Below, piece by piece: positions 9,351 through 18,155 of a stretch of DNA of 32,000 bases. The DNA comes from Fibrobacter succinogenes subsp. succinogenes S85 (lineage in GTDB: Bacteria; Fibrobacterota; Fibrobacteria; Fibrobacterales; Fibrobacteraceae). Under the pieces are notes generated by a model. That model did no database searches, was not told where the DNA came from, and was given only the letters and a program-made list of their open reading frames with translations. Made by a program: the position numbers and the translations under genes. How positions within the stretch are numbered: the stretch's first letter is position 1; every line of letters begins with the position of its first letter. The stretch covers positions 1,890,001 to 1,922,000 of the forward strand of contig NC_017448.1 in NCBI RefSeq assembly GCF_000146505.1. The letters run 5' to 3'.

Positions 9351-9746
9351 ATGGATTACGAATATAGTGTTATCGGTTCGGTTTATTGTAACGCGGAGGC
9401 GCTTGCATCGTTTTCTGATGCACCCGTTGAATACGCGCACGAGGGCTATATATTTTTGCTCCGCAAGTTTAGCGAACAGATAAGCGTTAGCCTGCGCGGC
9501 ATCACCGACAGCAATTCAAAATGCGAATCCATCAGCATCCAGGAAATCTGCAAGAACATCCCGGAATCCATCATCACCGAAGTCTGCAAACAGCTTTCCG
9601 AAAAGTTCGCCTGTACCGTTTCTATGCACAAAGGATACGAAGTCTACGGAAACGCAAACGTCTTTAACGGCGGTTCCGACTACGAAGTTATCGAAGAAAA
9701 GTGGTTTACCGTCGAATTTGACAACGGCGTGCAAAAAACTATTTAA
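9351..9746 (+). CDS. Hypothetical small protein (131 aa)
   Basis: This is the in-frame ATG at 9351 within track ORF 9117..9746. The upstream part of that ORF runs through the GC-rich non-coding island and AT-rich promoter-like sequence, so I trimmed it. The product begins MDYEYSVIGSVYCNAEALASF... No clear Shine-Dalgarno sequence is present and I recognised no family. Its 3' end overlaps the convergent kinase gene by 8 nt. Confidence 0.45.
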   Translation: MDYEYSVIGSVYCNAEALASFSDAPVEYAHEGYIFLLRKFSEQISVSLRGITDSNSKCESISIQEICKNIPESIITEVCKQLSEKFACTVSMHKGYEVYGNANVFNGGSDYEVIEEKWFTVEFDNGVQKTI

Positions 9747-12700
9747 AGAACCTGGCGAGGGTAGCGCAGAGGACGTTTACATCCACGGGTTTTGCCACAT
9801 GGTCGTTCATGCCCGATTCTAAAGCAGCGCGCTTGTCTTCTTCAAATGCGTTTGCGGTCATCGCAATAATCGGCACATTCGCCACTTCCCTGTTTTCTAG
9901 TTTACGAATCCGGCGGGTAGCCTCATAACCGTCAATACCCGGCATCTGGATATCCATCAAAATCGCATCGTACTTGACAGACGAATACTTGAGCTTTTCA
10001 ACCGCCAAGTCGCCACGTTCCATCGCCGTCACTTCTATACCGCGGTCTTCCAGAATTTCTGTTGAAATTTCACGGTTCAGTTCGTTATCTTCAACAAGCA
10101 TGACCTTGCGACCCGTAAAGTCATACGCTTGAGGCTGATTCGAAAGCGTCTTCAACGCAGAATCAGATTCCAGCGAAATTTCCGAAGAATTCCCACAGAA
10201 CTTTTCGAGCATTCGCCTTAAATCCGAGGGGAACAAGGGCTTTGCAAAGAACGAGGTCACGCCCGCTTCAAGCGCTTCCTTTTCGATGTCGAGCCAGTCA
10301 TAAGAGGTAAGCACCACAATCGGCGTTTTCGGCCCAAGCACCTTGCGGATCTTGCGCGAAATCTGAATGCCCCTCATCTCCTGCACATTCCAGTCAATCA
10401 AAATCAGCTGGTAATCATCTTTTGCTGTGCGGGATTTTTCAATGCATTCGAGAGCGCCAGCATCCGATGTACAGAAATCATAGCGCAAGCCTTCGCCTTT
10501 TAAAGACGCGTCAACGGTTCTGCAAATATTCGGGCGGTCATTGACGACGAGGCAATGTAAGCCCTTGAACTTTCCTGTACCAAGAGATACTTCAGAATCT
10601 TCGCAAAGCTTAAACTTGAACGTCATCAAGACTTCGGTGCCGAAATTTTCTTCACTCGAAACCTTAATCGTACCACCCATCATGTCAATAATATTCTTCG
10701 TGATGGACATGCCAAGGCCAGTTCCCTGGATACCGCTCACCGTCGAAGAATTCACGCGGGTAAACGGATCGAAAATCTGCTTCAGGAAAGCTTCGCTCAT
10801 GCCGATGCCGTTGTCTTTCACCAAGAACTCATAAACGCCATAGCCTGTTTCAGCAGGCAATTCCTTGACATTCATCGTAATGAGTCCATTTTTCGGCGTG
10901 TACTTGATGGCATTGGAAACAACGTTTAAAAGCACCTGGTTCAAGCGCAACTTGTCGCAATAAATCATTTCATTATGAACGTTTTCAAGTTCCACAAAGA
11001 ACTGTTGCTGACGAGACCGCACATCCGAAAGTACAATACCCTTGAGCATGTGTACAACATCCGAAAGTCGTTCCGGACGATTGGCAATATTCATCTTGCC
11101 CGATTCAATGCGACTCATATCAAGCACATCGTTAATAAGAGCAAGCAAGTGTTCCGAAGACTGCCCGATTTTCGAGAGGTAATCGGCAACCTGTTCCTTG
11201 TTGTCGATATGCTCTGCAGCAAGACCCGTAAATCCGATAATAGCGTTCATCGGCGTACGGATATCGTGGCTCATGTTGTTGAGGAATGTCGTCTTCGCAC
11301 GGCTTGCAGAATTAGCCATCTGTAGCGCCCGTTCCAAAGCTTCCTGGTCTTTCTTCTGCTTGCGAGTTTCTTCGTCAACGCTATGGAAACCCGCCACAAT
11401 CTGCACTGGGTTCGTTGCAGTCAGCACAAACTTGATTTGCCAATATTCAACATGTCCAAAGACATTCGCCTTGAAGTTCACGTAATAGGCGTTCTTGTTT
11501 TTGAGGTTTTCAAGAATAACCTCTCGACGAGTCATGGCAAAGAACGTTTCACGTTCTTCTTCACAAACAAACTTGTCCTTAATGACATTGAGGCGTTCAC
11601 CAAAACCATGAATATCCGACCAATTCGGGACAATTCGCGTAAAGACATCCGTACAGCGGTACACGTTTTCATGCATGGAAACAGTATCAATATAGCACAC
11701 CAAGTCAAAGTCTTCGGCAAGGCCTTGAATCACCGCCTGCTGCTGGATTTCCTTGCGGAGCACGTCATCCTTGTCGGCAAAACCAAGCGCCGCAAATTTC
11801 GGATGGTCCGAATCACCCACCTTCACGAGCTTCATCTCGCAATAGCGATTGAGGAAGTTCACGTACATCGTGTTAAAGCTTTTCTGGGTGGCAAGCTGCT
11901 CGCGGATATTCTTGAGAGAACCCGCCTGGAGCATGCGATTCTTATAGATGCCGCTCACAAACTTGTCGACATAGACAGAGTACGCTGCCGAATACTTGAC
12001 GTTTCGTTTGAACGTTTCGCCAAACGAGTTTGCCGTTGCCTTGTTCATGGAATAAGGCGTAATTTCTTCGGTTTCAAGGTTGATGTAATACACCGACGTG
12101 TATTCAGACGAAAGCGCTTCGATAATGGAAATATTGCGTTCCAGTTCCTTTTTCTGTTCCGCAATTTTCTTGTTCAGCTGGATCTTTTCGGCACGCTTCT
12201 TGTCCACCGCGGCAAACGTCATAATCACAAGAGTCGCAACGCCATTGCGGCGTTCCACAACCTGCATCACAAAGCTTATCCACGGGTTCTTGAAAATCGA
12301 AGCCTTAAAGAGCAATTCGCGACGGTCATCGTAAGCAAGGAGACGCTGGATATACTGCGGGCTTGCAAGGCGCATCCATTCTTCCTTGTATTCGCTATCG
12401 ACAATCTGCACCATTCGGCTAGCGCGATAAGAACATGTATTGCGCTCTTGCTCGTTGCCAAAATCAACTTTATTCGATGGCAAAATTTCACGAGCCGTAT
12501 CGTTTGACAAGTCGCAAAGGAGAATCGCCTCGTACTCCGCCATAATCTTGTCATGCACAAAGCGGGTACTCACTTCGTTGTCGCGGTTCGCAAACGCCAC
12601 CACCATTGCGGTCGGTTCCTCGTTTTCGGCGTCAACCTTCACAAGCTTCATTTCGCTATAGCGGATTTGGCCCGCAACATTTGAACGGAAAAGAGTCACA

Positions 12701-14250
12701 AAGCTCTTATTTTTCCGGAGCGCCGCCTTGATATTGTCAAGGTTTCCAGCCTCAAGCATTTTTTCTCTATCCGCATCATAGACAAATTCATTAACAAACT
12801 TTAAGAAAGCATCGTTATAGTTGGTCTTGTCCTTGAGCATGGCCTGATAATAGTGTTCCGACATTTCGTTCATGGAATACGGAATCACTTCATCGGTCAA
12901 GAGATTAACGTACATTACCGACGAATATTCAGACGCAAGCACGTCAATAATCGAGAGGTTGATTTCCAGCTCCTTTTTCTGCTGCACAAGCTTTTCGTTC
13001 AAGCTGAGCTTTTCGGACTGGTCCCTATCCACAACCGTAGCCGTCATGACAAGCGTTACCGGGACACCGTCAATCCTATCCAGGACACGAAACACGTTGC
13101 GGCACCAAAAATATGAGCCGTCACCCGTCAAATGCTTGAAAACAATTTCCCGGCTATCTGTAGTCGCAAAAATACGTTTCAAGTTTTCAATACTTCCAAA
13201 CTCATTCCACTGTTCTCTGAATTCCTCATGAACAAATGCAGACGCGTTCTTGAAGCCGACTTCAAAAGGAATAATATCCTTTTCTTTTACGCCATTGTAA
13301 TACTTTGACCTGCGAATAACCTGTATGATATTCTCTTCCAGGTTGATAAGGTCAATGCTTGCAAATTCTTCACTGACTTTTTCGTTGATTTTTTTATTGA
13401 TGACTTCATCGTTCTTGTTGACAAAGCCCACCAAAAATTCATTATCGTCACCGATATCAAAACGCATCACGCGCGCTTCGTACCAGCGGGCATAACCAAG
13501 AGCAATATCACGGAACAGGTAGCGAAAATTACGCTCGCGAGAAAGGCGGTCAAGGACATTGTTTATGTCAAGGCCTTTCATCATCATCTCCCGATCAGCG
13601 GGATGAATGACGTCCATGACAACAAGCCCACCTATTCCATTGAGCTTGCCCTCGGCCGGAAAAAGACCTTTGAGTTCGTCCTTGCAATACAAAGTCCTGA
13701 ACGTGCTCTTTGTCGGGTTGAAGACAAAAACGGACTCCACCTTTTCGCCAAACTTCATGACGATATTTTCGTTGAGGTGGCGTTCAAGTTCGTAACGCTG
13801 CTTGGAACGGATGTCGCGGTCCACATTGCGGAGTCGCATGACAAAGCCTTTCAGCTTGCCAGACTCATCGCGGTCTGCAAAGAAGTTCATCTGAAAATAG
13901 ACTTCGGCACCATCCAGCTCACACCTGAACGGGACAATGTACGGCGATGAATTTTCAAGATTTTGAACAATCACTTCGCGGCGGGTTCTTTCACAAAAGT
14001 CCTCGCGATCTTCGGAGCAGACAAAATTTCCGCAAATCAGGCTAAAGCGCTTACGGAGATTGCGCTCTCCACGGAGAGCGGGTACACGGGCAACCAAGAA
14101 CTGGCTCGCATGGAAAATATCAACGTCATCGTCATCTGGGCTTTTCGACAAATCCACGTAGCAGACGCAATCGAATTCATCAGCAATCGAATCAATGATT
14201 GCATTGCTTTTTTCAATCCATGACTGTTGGTTTACATCTTTTTTAAGCAT
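9739..14250 (-). CDS. Cytoplasmic hybrid sensor histidine kinase with two receiver domains and a ~950-aa N-terminal array of PAS-like sensor modules (1503 aa)
   Basis: The H-box is NNMSHDIRTPMNAIIGF (His ~995) and the N-box is LLNVVSNAIKYT. The G-boxes are VKDNGIGM and IQGTGLGMSI. REC1 reads LVVNDRP...LILIDWNV...VVLTSY...FAKP. REC2 reads VMLVEDNELN...ILMDIQMPGIDG...IIAMTANAF...VAKP. There is no N-terminal hydrophobic segment. Confidence 0.95.
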   Translation of the reverse strand: MLKKDVNQQSWIEKSNAIIDSIADEFDCVCYVDLSKSPDDDDVDIFHASQFLVARVPALRGERNLRKRFSLICGNFVCSEDREDFCERTRREVIVQNLENSSPYIVPFRCELDGAEVYFQMNFFADRDESGKLKGFVMRLRNVDRDIRSKQRYELERHLNENIVMKFGEKVESVFVFNPTKSTFRTLYCKDELKGLFPAEGKLNGIGGLVVMDVIHPADREMMMKGLDINNVLDRLSRERNFRYLFRDIALGYARWYEARVMRFDIGDDNEFLVGFVNKNDEVINKKINEKVSEEFASIDLINLEENIIQVIRRSKYYNGVKEKDIIPFEVGFKNASAFVHEEFREQWNEFGSIENLKRIFATTDSREIVFKHLTGDGSYFWCRNVFRVLDRIDGVPVTLVMTATVVDRDQSEKLSLNEKLVQQKKELEINLSIIDVLASEYSSVMYVNLLTDEVIPYSMNEMSEHYYQAMLKDKTNYNDAFLKFVNEFVYDADREKMLEAGNLDNIKAALRKNKSFVTLFRSNVAGQIRYSEMKLVKVDAENEEPTAMVVAFANRDNEVSTRFVHDKIMAEYEAILLCDLSNDTAREILPSNKVDFGNEQERNTCSYRASRMVQIVDSEYKEEWMRLASPQYIQRLLAYDDRRELLFKASIFKNPWISFVMQVVERRNGVATLVIMTFAAVDKKRAEKIQLNKKIAEQKKELERNISIIEALSSEYTSVYYINLETEEITPYSMNKATANSFGETFKRNVKYSAAYSVYVDKFVSGIYKNRMLQAGSLKNIREQLATQKSFNTMYVNFLNRYCEMKLVKVGDSDHPKFAALGFADKDDVLRKEIQQQAVIQGLAEDFDLVCYIDTVSMHENVYRCTDVFTRIVPNWSDIHGFGERLNVIKDKFVCEEERETFFAMTRREVILENLKNKNAYYVNFKANVFGHVEYWQIKFVLTATNPVQIVAGFHSVDEETRKQKKDQEALERALQMANSASRAKTTFLNNMSHDIRTPMNAIIGFTGLAAEHIDNKEQVADYLSKIGQSSEHLLALINDVLDMSRIESGKMNIANRPERLSDVVHMLKGIVLSDVRSRQQQFFVELENVHNEMIYCDKLRLNQVLLNVVSNAIKYTPKNGLITMNVKELPAETGYGVYEFLVKDNGIGMSEAFLKQIFDPFTRVNSSTVSGIQGTGLGMSITKNIIDMMGGTIKVSSEENFGTEVLMTFKFKLCEDSEVSLGTGKFKGLHCLVVNDRPNICRTVDASLKGEGLRYDFCTSDAGALECIEKSRTAKDDYQLILIDWNVQEMRGIQISRKIRKVLGPKTPIVVLTSYDWLDIEKEALEAGVTSFFAKPLFPSDLRRMLEKFCGNSSEISLESDSALKTLSNQPQAYDFTGRKVMLVEDNELNREISTEILEDRGIEVTAMERGDLAVEKLKYSSVKYDAILMDIQMPGIDGYEATRRIRKLENREVANVPIIAMTANAFEEDKRAALESGMNDHVAKPVDVNVLCATLARFFK

Positions 14251-14421
14251 TCAAGCCCCGTCCTCATTAAATATATGAAAAATCCCAAAAACGCAAAGAT
14301 TAATCGTAAAAACATGAGACAAGCGTCACAAAAACGCTGTTTTTTCAAAAAAAATCAATTTTTTTCACATTCAAGGCTGTCAATGCCTAAATTTGACAGC
14401 TACGAAAGATATATTGTAGCC

Positions 14422-17400
14422 ATGCTATATTTAAAATTCGCGCTTAATCTCGAAAATCTCGCCGATAAAATGATCGACGCCGTGTCCGATGCCTGGACAA
14501 ACCCGTTTGAAGCACCAGCTGTAATCTTCCCGGACCCGAAACTGGAACAGTGGTTCCGCCTGAAATGGGTGCAGAAAAAGAAATCGCTCATCGGGTTCAA
14601 ATCCATGATGATCGACCGTTTCCTCATGGAAATCCTCATCGGCGACGACACGCATAAGCAAAAATTGCACGCCGAAATGCTCCGAAACGTAATCCTCGCC
14701 CACCTCGTCAAGGAAACGGACGGAGTCCCGAACTATATGCGCATGGACGACGAAGTCAAGCGCTACCTAGTTATTGACAGAACACTCGACGAAACGCACC
14801 TTTTTGACTTTGCGAGCAAAATGGCATCGCTGTTCCTGGAATACGAGACAAGCCGCCCCAAGGATTTCATCCGCCGTGCCGACGGAAGTTCCGCCCCCGG
14901 TATCCTTGAAAAATGGAAGCAAGATCACCTTGACGACTTTTTTGGAATAGCAAACCACGACATCGCAAAGCGCGAAGCCTGGCAGCGCGAACTTTATTCC
15001 GCCATTTTCCACGAACACCAAGGTAAACCTTCATTATTGACGGAGGTCTTTGAAAACGAAGCAAAGCGCAAGGGGATTGAACGCACGGAATACTTGACGA
15101 TTCCCTACCTATATAAGGCATGCCAAGATGATAAAGGCAATGTCACATTCCACACGGAACACATTGGCAACACTCCGCTATTTATTTTCGGCCTTGGCGG
15201 TATGGGCCAGTTCTATCGCGTGATTTTGCAGAAATACGCCGAAACGCACGACGTTTACGCTTACATCCAAAACCCGTGCATGGAATTCTGGGAAGACACA
15301 TCGACTGTACACGACCAGAACGCCAACATCCACAGGAACTGGAAATCGCGCGACGGGCAATGGAAAGACAACGGCACAAGCCTTGACGACGTTCGCGAAA
15401 AGATGTCCGTTGACTATTCCAACGCAGGCGAAAGCACGGACGTTGACGACATTTCCGAATACAGCAACGAAGAAGCGGAAGCCGAAAACACGCTGCTCTG
15501 CAACTGGGGCCGTTCCGGCCGCGACAACATCAAGCTTTGGTGCCAAGCGGTCAATTACGATTTTGATTTCAGCATGAGCGGCCGTGAAGACGACAACCGC
15601 ACCGCCCAAGATCTTCCGCAAGACACGCTTTTGCACAAGGTGCAGTACGCGATTGCAAACCGAATCAACACGCTGCCAAACTTTACCGCAAGCGATTGCA
15701 AGGCGCGCGACTTTAGCCTTGACATCACCGCGGCACCGACCAAGATTCGTGAAATTGAAGCATTGCACACGAATATCAGCAAGCTCATGCAAAAGGGCGC
15801 ACGAGTGAACGACATTCTCGTCGTGTCGCCCGCCCTGGACGATTACCGCACCGCCATCAAGACGATTTTCGACCAGACACCTGAAAAGAAAAAATATGCC
15901 GGAGAAAACGAAAAAGAAGGCTTCTTGCACATTCCATTTGCCATCGTTGACTCCCCTGCCAGAAGCTCACTGACCGAAAACGTTCTAGACAACCTGTTTA
16001 CGATTCTTGAACAGGGAACCATCACACGCCCGACGTTCTTTGAATTGCTGCGCAACCCCGTCGTACAGCTGACACGCCACATTACCGATGAAGATGTCAG
16101 CAATTGGGAAAGCTGGATTGAAGCGACAAACATCTACCGCGACCGCGAGCAGAAAAAAGAAGACTGGATGAGCGGCGTACGCCGACTTCTCCTCGCCAAG
16201 ATGACAAAGAATCCTGTTGAATTTTCTGACGGTGAATTTCTGCCATACGCCGACATGGCGACAAGCGACAACAGTTCCCTTTGCAAGTTTGTAGAATGCA
16301 TTGAATCGCTCAAGAAGTGGATGGAATTTGCAGGTTGCAAGCAGAACGTAAAACACGAAATTGTTTGCGAAAATCGCATAGAAAACCTCGACAAGCTTTG
16401 CGATTTCATCAACGAATGGCTATCAATGGCAAGCTCTCCTGACGGATTTGCCAGCGAAAGAATCATCGTCAACGATGTCACGCAGAGCATCGAAGGTCTC
16501 CGCAACCAGATGGACGCTGGGCTACAAAGTATTTCATGGAAGGTAGTCAAGCAGACGCTCCTCAACGCTGCGCAATCATCCGCCTACAGTTGCGGCTCGC
16601 TGTTCGTCAATGGCATCACGTTCATGAACTTCATCCCGAACCGAATCATCCCTGTAAAGCACCTGTTCTTTATCGGTGGCGACTCCATGAACTTCCCTGG
16701 AGCAAAGCAGCAGAATACGCTTGACCTTCGCAAGTCTTGCCGACCGTGGCCGGGCGACGACTCGCCTATCGCCAAGCGCCGCTACGCGTTCCTCTGCCAG
16801 CTCATGAGCACAAGCGAAAGTTTCCACATCAGCTACGTGAATCAGGACATCCGCAAAGATGCCGAACTTTATCCGACCTCGGTCGTGAATGACATCCGAA
16901 AGTTCCTAGTCAATGCAGTCAACAGCAAAACTGATGTTTCCAACGAAAAAGTCAGCCAGTCCGACGCCTGGCCCGAAAACAAAATTTCGCTCGATGAGAC
17001 CCGCAGTTTTGAAGACTTGTTCACGCAAAAAAGCCTCCGCAACAAGCGTGCATTTCTCAACATGATGCAAGACGGATACGCCCATGCGAATCCGGAAACA
17101 GATGCCATAGAATCCGCAAGTAATAACATTACGGCAAAGCTCCCTGATCGCGTTTCAATCTACATGCTGAGCTCATTCCTGAAGGATCCGTTCCAGTTCC
17201 GTATCAGCCAGATGCTCGCCGACTCCGATTCAGAAGACCCAGAAAAGGAAATGTTCGAGCCCGTCCAGCTGGATGCCTTGAAAAAGAGTACACTACTCAA
17301 AATGACGCTCGCCGCAGAACTTTCAAACAAGTCCGACGAACTTGAAAAGTTCAAAAAGGAATCCAAGTTGAAAGGCGGAACACCCGACGGAATCTTTGGT

Positions 17401-18153
17401 GACAAGCTCTCTTCCGAAATTGAAGAGAACAAGAAAATCATTATGGACAACATGGGCGAAGCCCTTGTCAAAAAAATCAAGGAATCCTGGTGCTACCAAG
17501 CCAAAATTGAGGACATCCAGTTTGAACGTAGTGATTCGGAAAAATGGACCCTTTCGGGCTCGCTGGACTGGAGCGACAGCAGTGACCTTGGCAAGATTAC
17601 CGAGATGATTTCAATTACGTCGTCCAATAAAAAACCGACCATTGACAATTTCCTTACCCCTTACATCAGGGCTCTCGCAGTTATCGCCCAACGATCAAAT
17701 AAAGCCGAAATGGCAGAACAGGAACAAAGCATCAAGATTTCTGTTTTCCACAGTGAAAAGGGGAAAGACCCGACAACATCCACCGTCAAGATGACTCCAA
17801 AAAAGGCCACCGAGACTTTGCAGGAAATCTACACAGAAGCATTCGGCAGCGAAACGAGAAAACCTTACTTCAAGGCGGTTCCCGCAAAATTAACCGACAC
17901 AAACATGGACACGATCCGTACATACAAGGACAAACTTATCAACGGACCTTGGGAACACTTTGAAAAGAAAAAGCTATTTGACCCCACCACCGATGTAGGC
18001 TTCGAAGCTGACGATTTTACAAAACAGTGGGAAGAGGCGATAAAGATGATGAACGCCCTCACGCTTTTGTCAAAGGAAGCCTTTGAAAAAACAAAAAGCA
18101 AAAAAGAAAGCACAACCAGCAAGACAAGCAAGACTACGAAAAAGAAGGCATAA
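14422..18153 (+). CDS. recC: Exodeoxyribonuclease V gamma subunit RecC (about 1243 aa from this start)
   Basis: The N-terminus MLYLKFALNLENLADKMIDAVSDAWTNPFEAPAVIFPDPKLEQWFRLKW parallels the E. coli RecC N-terminus as I remember it (ML.VYHSN.L...DPFEPE.ILVQS.GM.QWL). The size fits, and the gene ends 2 nt before recB. The track ORF begins at 14227 inside the divergent promoter region. ATG 14383, preceded by AAGG, is an alternative start. Confidence 0.88.
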   Translation: MLYLKFALNLENLADKMIDAVSDAWTNPFEAPAVIFPDPKLEQWFRLKWVQKKKSLIGFKSMMIDRFLMEILIGDDTHKQKLHAEMLRNVILAHLVKETDGVPNYMRMDDEVKRYLVIDRTLDETHLFDFASKMASLFLEYETSRPKDFIRRADGSSAPGILEKWKQDHLDDFFGIANHDIAKREAWQRELYSAIFHEHQGKPSLLTEVFENEAKRKGIERTEYLTIPYLYKACQDDKGNVTFHTEHIGNTPLFIFGLGGMGQFYRVILQKYAETHDVYAYIQNPCMEFWEDTSTVHDQNANIHRNWKSRDGQWKDNGTSLDDVREKMSVDYSNAGESTDVDDISEYSNEEAEAENTLLCNWGRSGRDNIKLWCQAVNYDFDFSMSGREDDNRTAQDLPQDTLLHKVQYAIANRINTLPNFTASDCKARDFSLDITAAPTKIREIEALHTNISKLMQKGARVNDILVVSPALDDYRTAIKTIFDQTPEKKKYAGENEKEGFLHIPFAIVDSPARSSLTENVLDNLFTILEQGTITRPTFFELLRNPVVQLTRHITDEDVSNWESWIEATNIYRDREQKKEDWMSGVRRLLLAKMTKNPVEFSDGEFLPYADMATSDNSSLCKFVECIESLKKWMEFAGCKQNVKHEIVCENRIENLDKLCDFINEWLSMASSPDGFASERIIVNDVTQSIEGLRNQMDAGLQSISWKVVKQTLLNAAQSSAYSCGSLFVNGITFMNFIPNRIIPVKHLFFIGGDSMNFPGAKQQNTLDLRKSCRPWPGDDSPIAKRRYAFLCQLMSTSESFHISYVNQDIRKDAELYPTSVVNDIRKFLVNAVNSKTDVSNEKVSQSDAWPENKISLDETRSFEDLFTQKSLRNKRAFLNMMQDGYAHANPETDAIESASNNITAKLPDRVSIYMLSSFLKDPFQFRISQMLADSDSEDPEKEMFEPVQLDALKKSTLLKMTLAAELSNKSDELEKFKKESKLKGGTPDGIFGDKLSSEIEENKKIIMDNMGEALVKKIKESWCYQAKIEDIQFERSDSEKWTLSGSLDWSDSSDLGKITEMISITSSNKKPTIDNFLTPYIRALAVIAQRSNKAEMAEQEQSIKISVFHSEKGKDPTTSTVKMTPKKATETLQEIYTEAFGSETRKPYFKAVPAKLTDTNMDTIRTYKDKLINGPWEHFEKKKLFDPTTDVGFEADDFTKQWEEAIKMMNALTLLSKEAFEKTKSKKESTTSKTSKTTKKKA

Positions 18154-18155
18154 CT

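Noticed and set aside
9739-9746. 8-nt convergent overlap between the 9351..9746 ORF and the kinase 3' end
   Set aside because: This is a simple stop-codon overlap of convergent genes (TAA at 9744-9746 and the complement of CTA at 9739-9741). There is no evidence of any function.
11383-12507. Plus ORF of 374 aa inside the histidine-kinase gene
   Set aside because: It is an antisense artefact. The minus frame carries recognisable PAS-like repeats that run continuously into the HisKA/HATPase domains.
14227-14421. N-terminal extension of the recC track ORF (MVYIFFKHSSPVLIKYMKNPKN...)
   Set aside because: It overlaps the kinase start codon region and runs through A/T homopolymers of the divergent promoter. 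The resemblance to RecC begins at MLYLKF (14422).
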